Positions 63,126 through 64,000 of a stretch of 64,000 bases of DNA are shown piece by piece. Source of the DNA: an uncultured bacterium (GTDB lineage Bacteria > Oederibacteriota > Oederibacteriia > Oederibacteriales > Oederibacteriaceae). Below the pieces are notes generated by a model, which saw only the letters and a program-made list of their open reading frames with translations, had not been told where the DNA came from and made no database searches. Position numbers and translations under genes: made by a program. The stretch's first letter is position 1; each line of letters begins with the position of its first letter. The stretch spans positions 1,888,001 to 1,952,000 of the forward strand of contig OZ218778.1 of the NCBI GenBank assembly GCA_965112635.1, written 5' to 3'.

Positions 63126-64000
63126 ATGTTTAAGTTAAAAAGACTGGAAATCTTTGGGCTGTTTTTCTGCCTGCTTTTGTTTTTTGGGCAAAGCGTTAGG
63201 GGAGACAACAGCTCTAACTTTATTGCCTGGCAAAAAGGGGTAAATGGCACCACGACTTATGGCCATCTTTTTTTCTACGCTTTTACGAACAATACCTCGG
63301 CCACCCTTTACGGCACCCAGGTTTCGAACGTACAGATGGACCTGCCCGCCAACTTTATATCCCAGAACAACTTTGTCAATGCCGGGACCCTGGGAGGCCA
63401 GCCCTGGAACCCCATGAATGATTTCAACACTTATTACTTTTACGTGACCTGCAGCAGTTCGGTCATCTGGGAGGCCGACGAGGACATCTACAACAGCGAC
63501 TATAACGCGGATACCTGGCTTACCTCCACGAACGGGACCGATGCAGGAACCATGTTCTTCACGCATTTGTTCAGCGACGTGGACCAGCCCGCCAACAACA
63601 ACAACGGCGAGGCTGTGGCCGTGGTCAACAATAACGCCTTTGATGTGACGGTGAATTGGGATAAGTGGAACGGCGCTGGCTGGACCAACCTGAGCGCCAA
63701 CAATGTTGTAACGGCCGGCGGGATTTGGATGACCAGCGGCACGGTGGGCGGCACCGGCACTGTCCTGGCTGATGAAAACGATTTCCGGCTCACGGCCAGC
63801 GCCAATGTCAGTGTTCTCAAGGGGTGGCTGGGAAACGGAGGCGCGGATGACTGGTGGACGGTTTCTCCGGACCTGGTGACCGGTTTAAAATACGGCACAA
63901 ACTTGGTAGGGGTCATTTCTTCGGGTCCTGGTTTAAATTTCTCCCTTTCCGCGCCGGCCGGCGGTCCCAGCGTAAACTACCAGATATTCGAGTATGTGCC
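63126..64000 (+). CDS. 3'-truncated secreted Asn/Gly/Thr/Trp-rich protein (probably another cargo)
   Basis: ATG 63126 with signal peptide MFKLKRLEIFGLFFCLLLFFGQSVRG. Frame is open to the window end, so it is absent from the ORF track. Confidence 0.75.
   Translation, partial: MFKLKRLEIFGLFFCLLLFFGQSVRGDNSSNFIAWQKGVNGTTTYGHLFFYAFTNNTSATLYGTQVSNVQMDLPANFISQNNFVNAGTLGGQPWNPMNDFNTYYFYVTCSSSVIWEADEDIYNSDYNADTWLTSTNGTDAGTMFFTHLFSDVDQPANNNNGEAVAVVNNNAFDVTVNWDKWNGAGWTNLSANNVVTAGGIWMTSGTVGGTGTVLADENDFRLTASANVSVLKGWLGNGGADDWWTVSPDLVTGLKYGTNLVGVISSGPGLNFSLSAPAGGPSVNYQIFEYV

Overview
Chromosomal window of a diderm, LPS-producing bacterium. It carries lpxB, msbA, waaA, lnt, dinB, a dpp/opp ABC cassette and tRNA-Gly(CCC). 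The Thr-rich/FlgD/PorV-like repertoire is reminiscent of little-studied candidate phyla (inference only). The dominant feature is an apparent T9SS-like surface-protein system spread over three loci (9.5-21.2 kb, 33.0-35.6 kb, 52.1-64 kb). Eight complete secreted proteins follow the plan signal peptide + head domain + (Thr-X)n stalk + C-terminal YPN-starting sorting-like domain, and the tails fall into three classes. One tail class always sits directly upstream of PorV-like beta-barrel genes. Heads and tails are combined 2x2 in one tandem array, tails are mosaic between loci, and three units share a TTGTGA-N17-TATAATTG promoter. A 15-kb glycosylation cluster rich in GT-C-type enzymes lies immediately upstream of the main array. 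Smaller observations: two PorV-like genes appear to start at ACG, two genes carry single-base frameshifts (pilB/gspE-like and one PorV-like), there is a 120-bp IS200/IS605-type mini-element, and a two-copy 80-bp double-hairpin element shows covariation. No CRISPR array, rRNA, transposase, integrase or reverse transcriptase was seen. All calls are by eye; no searches were run.
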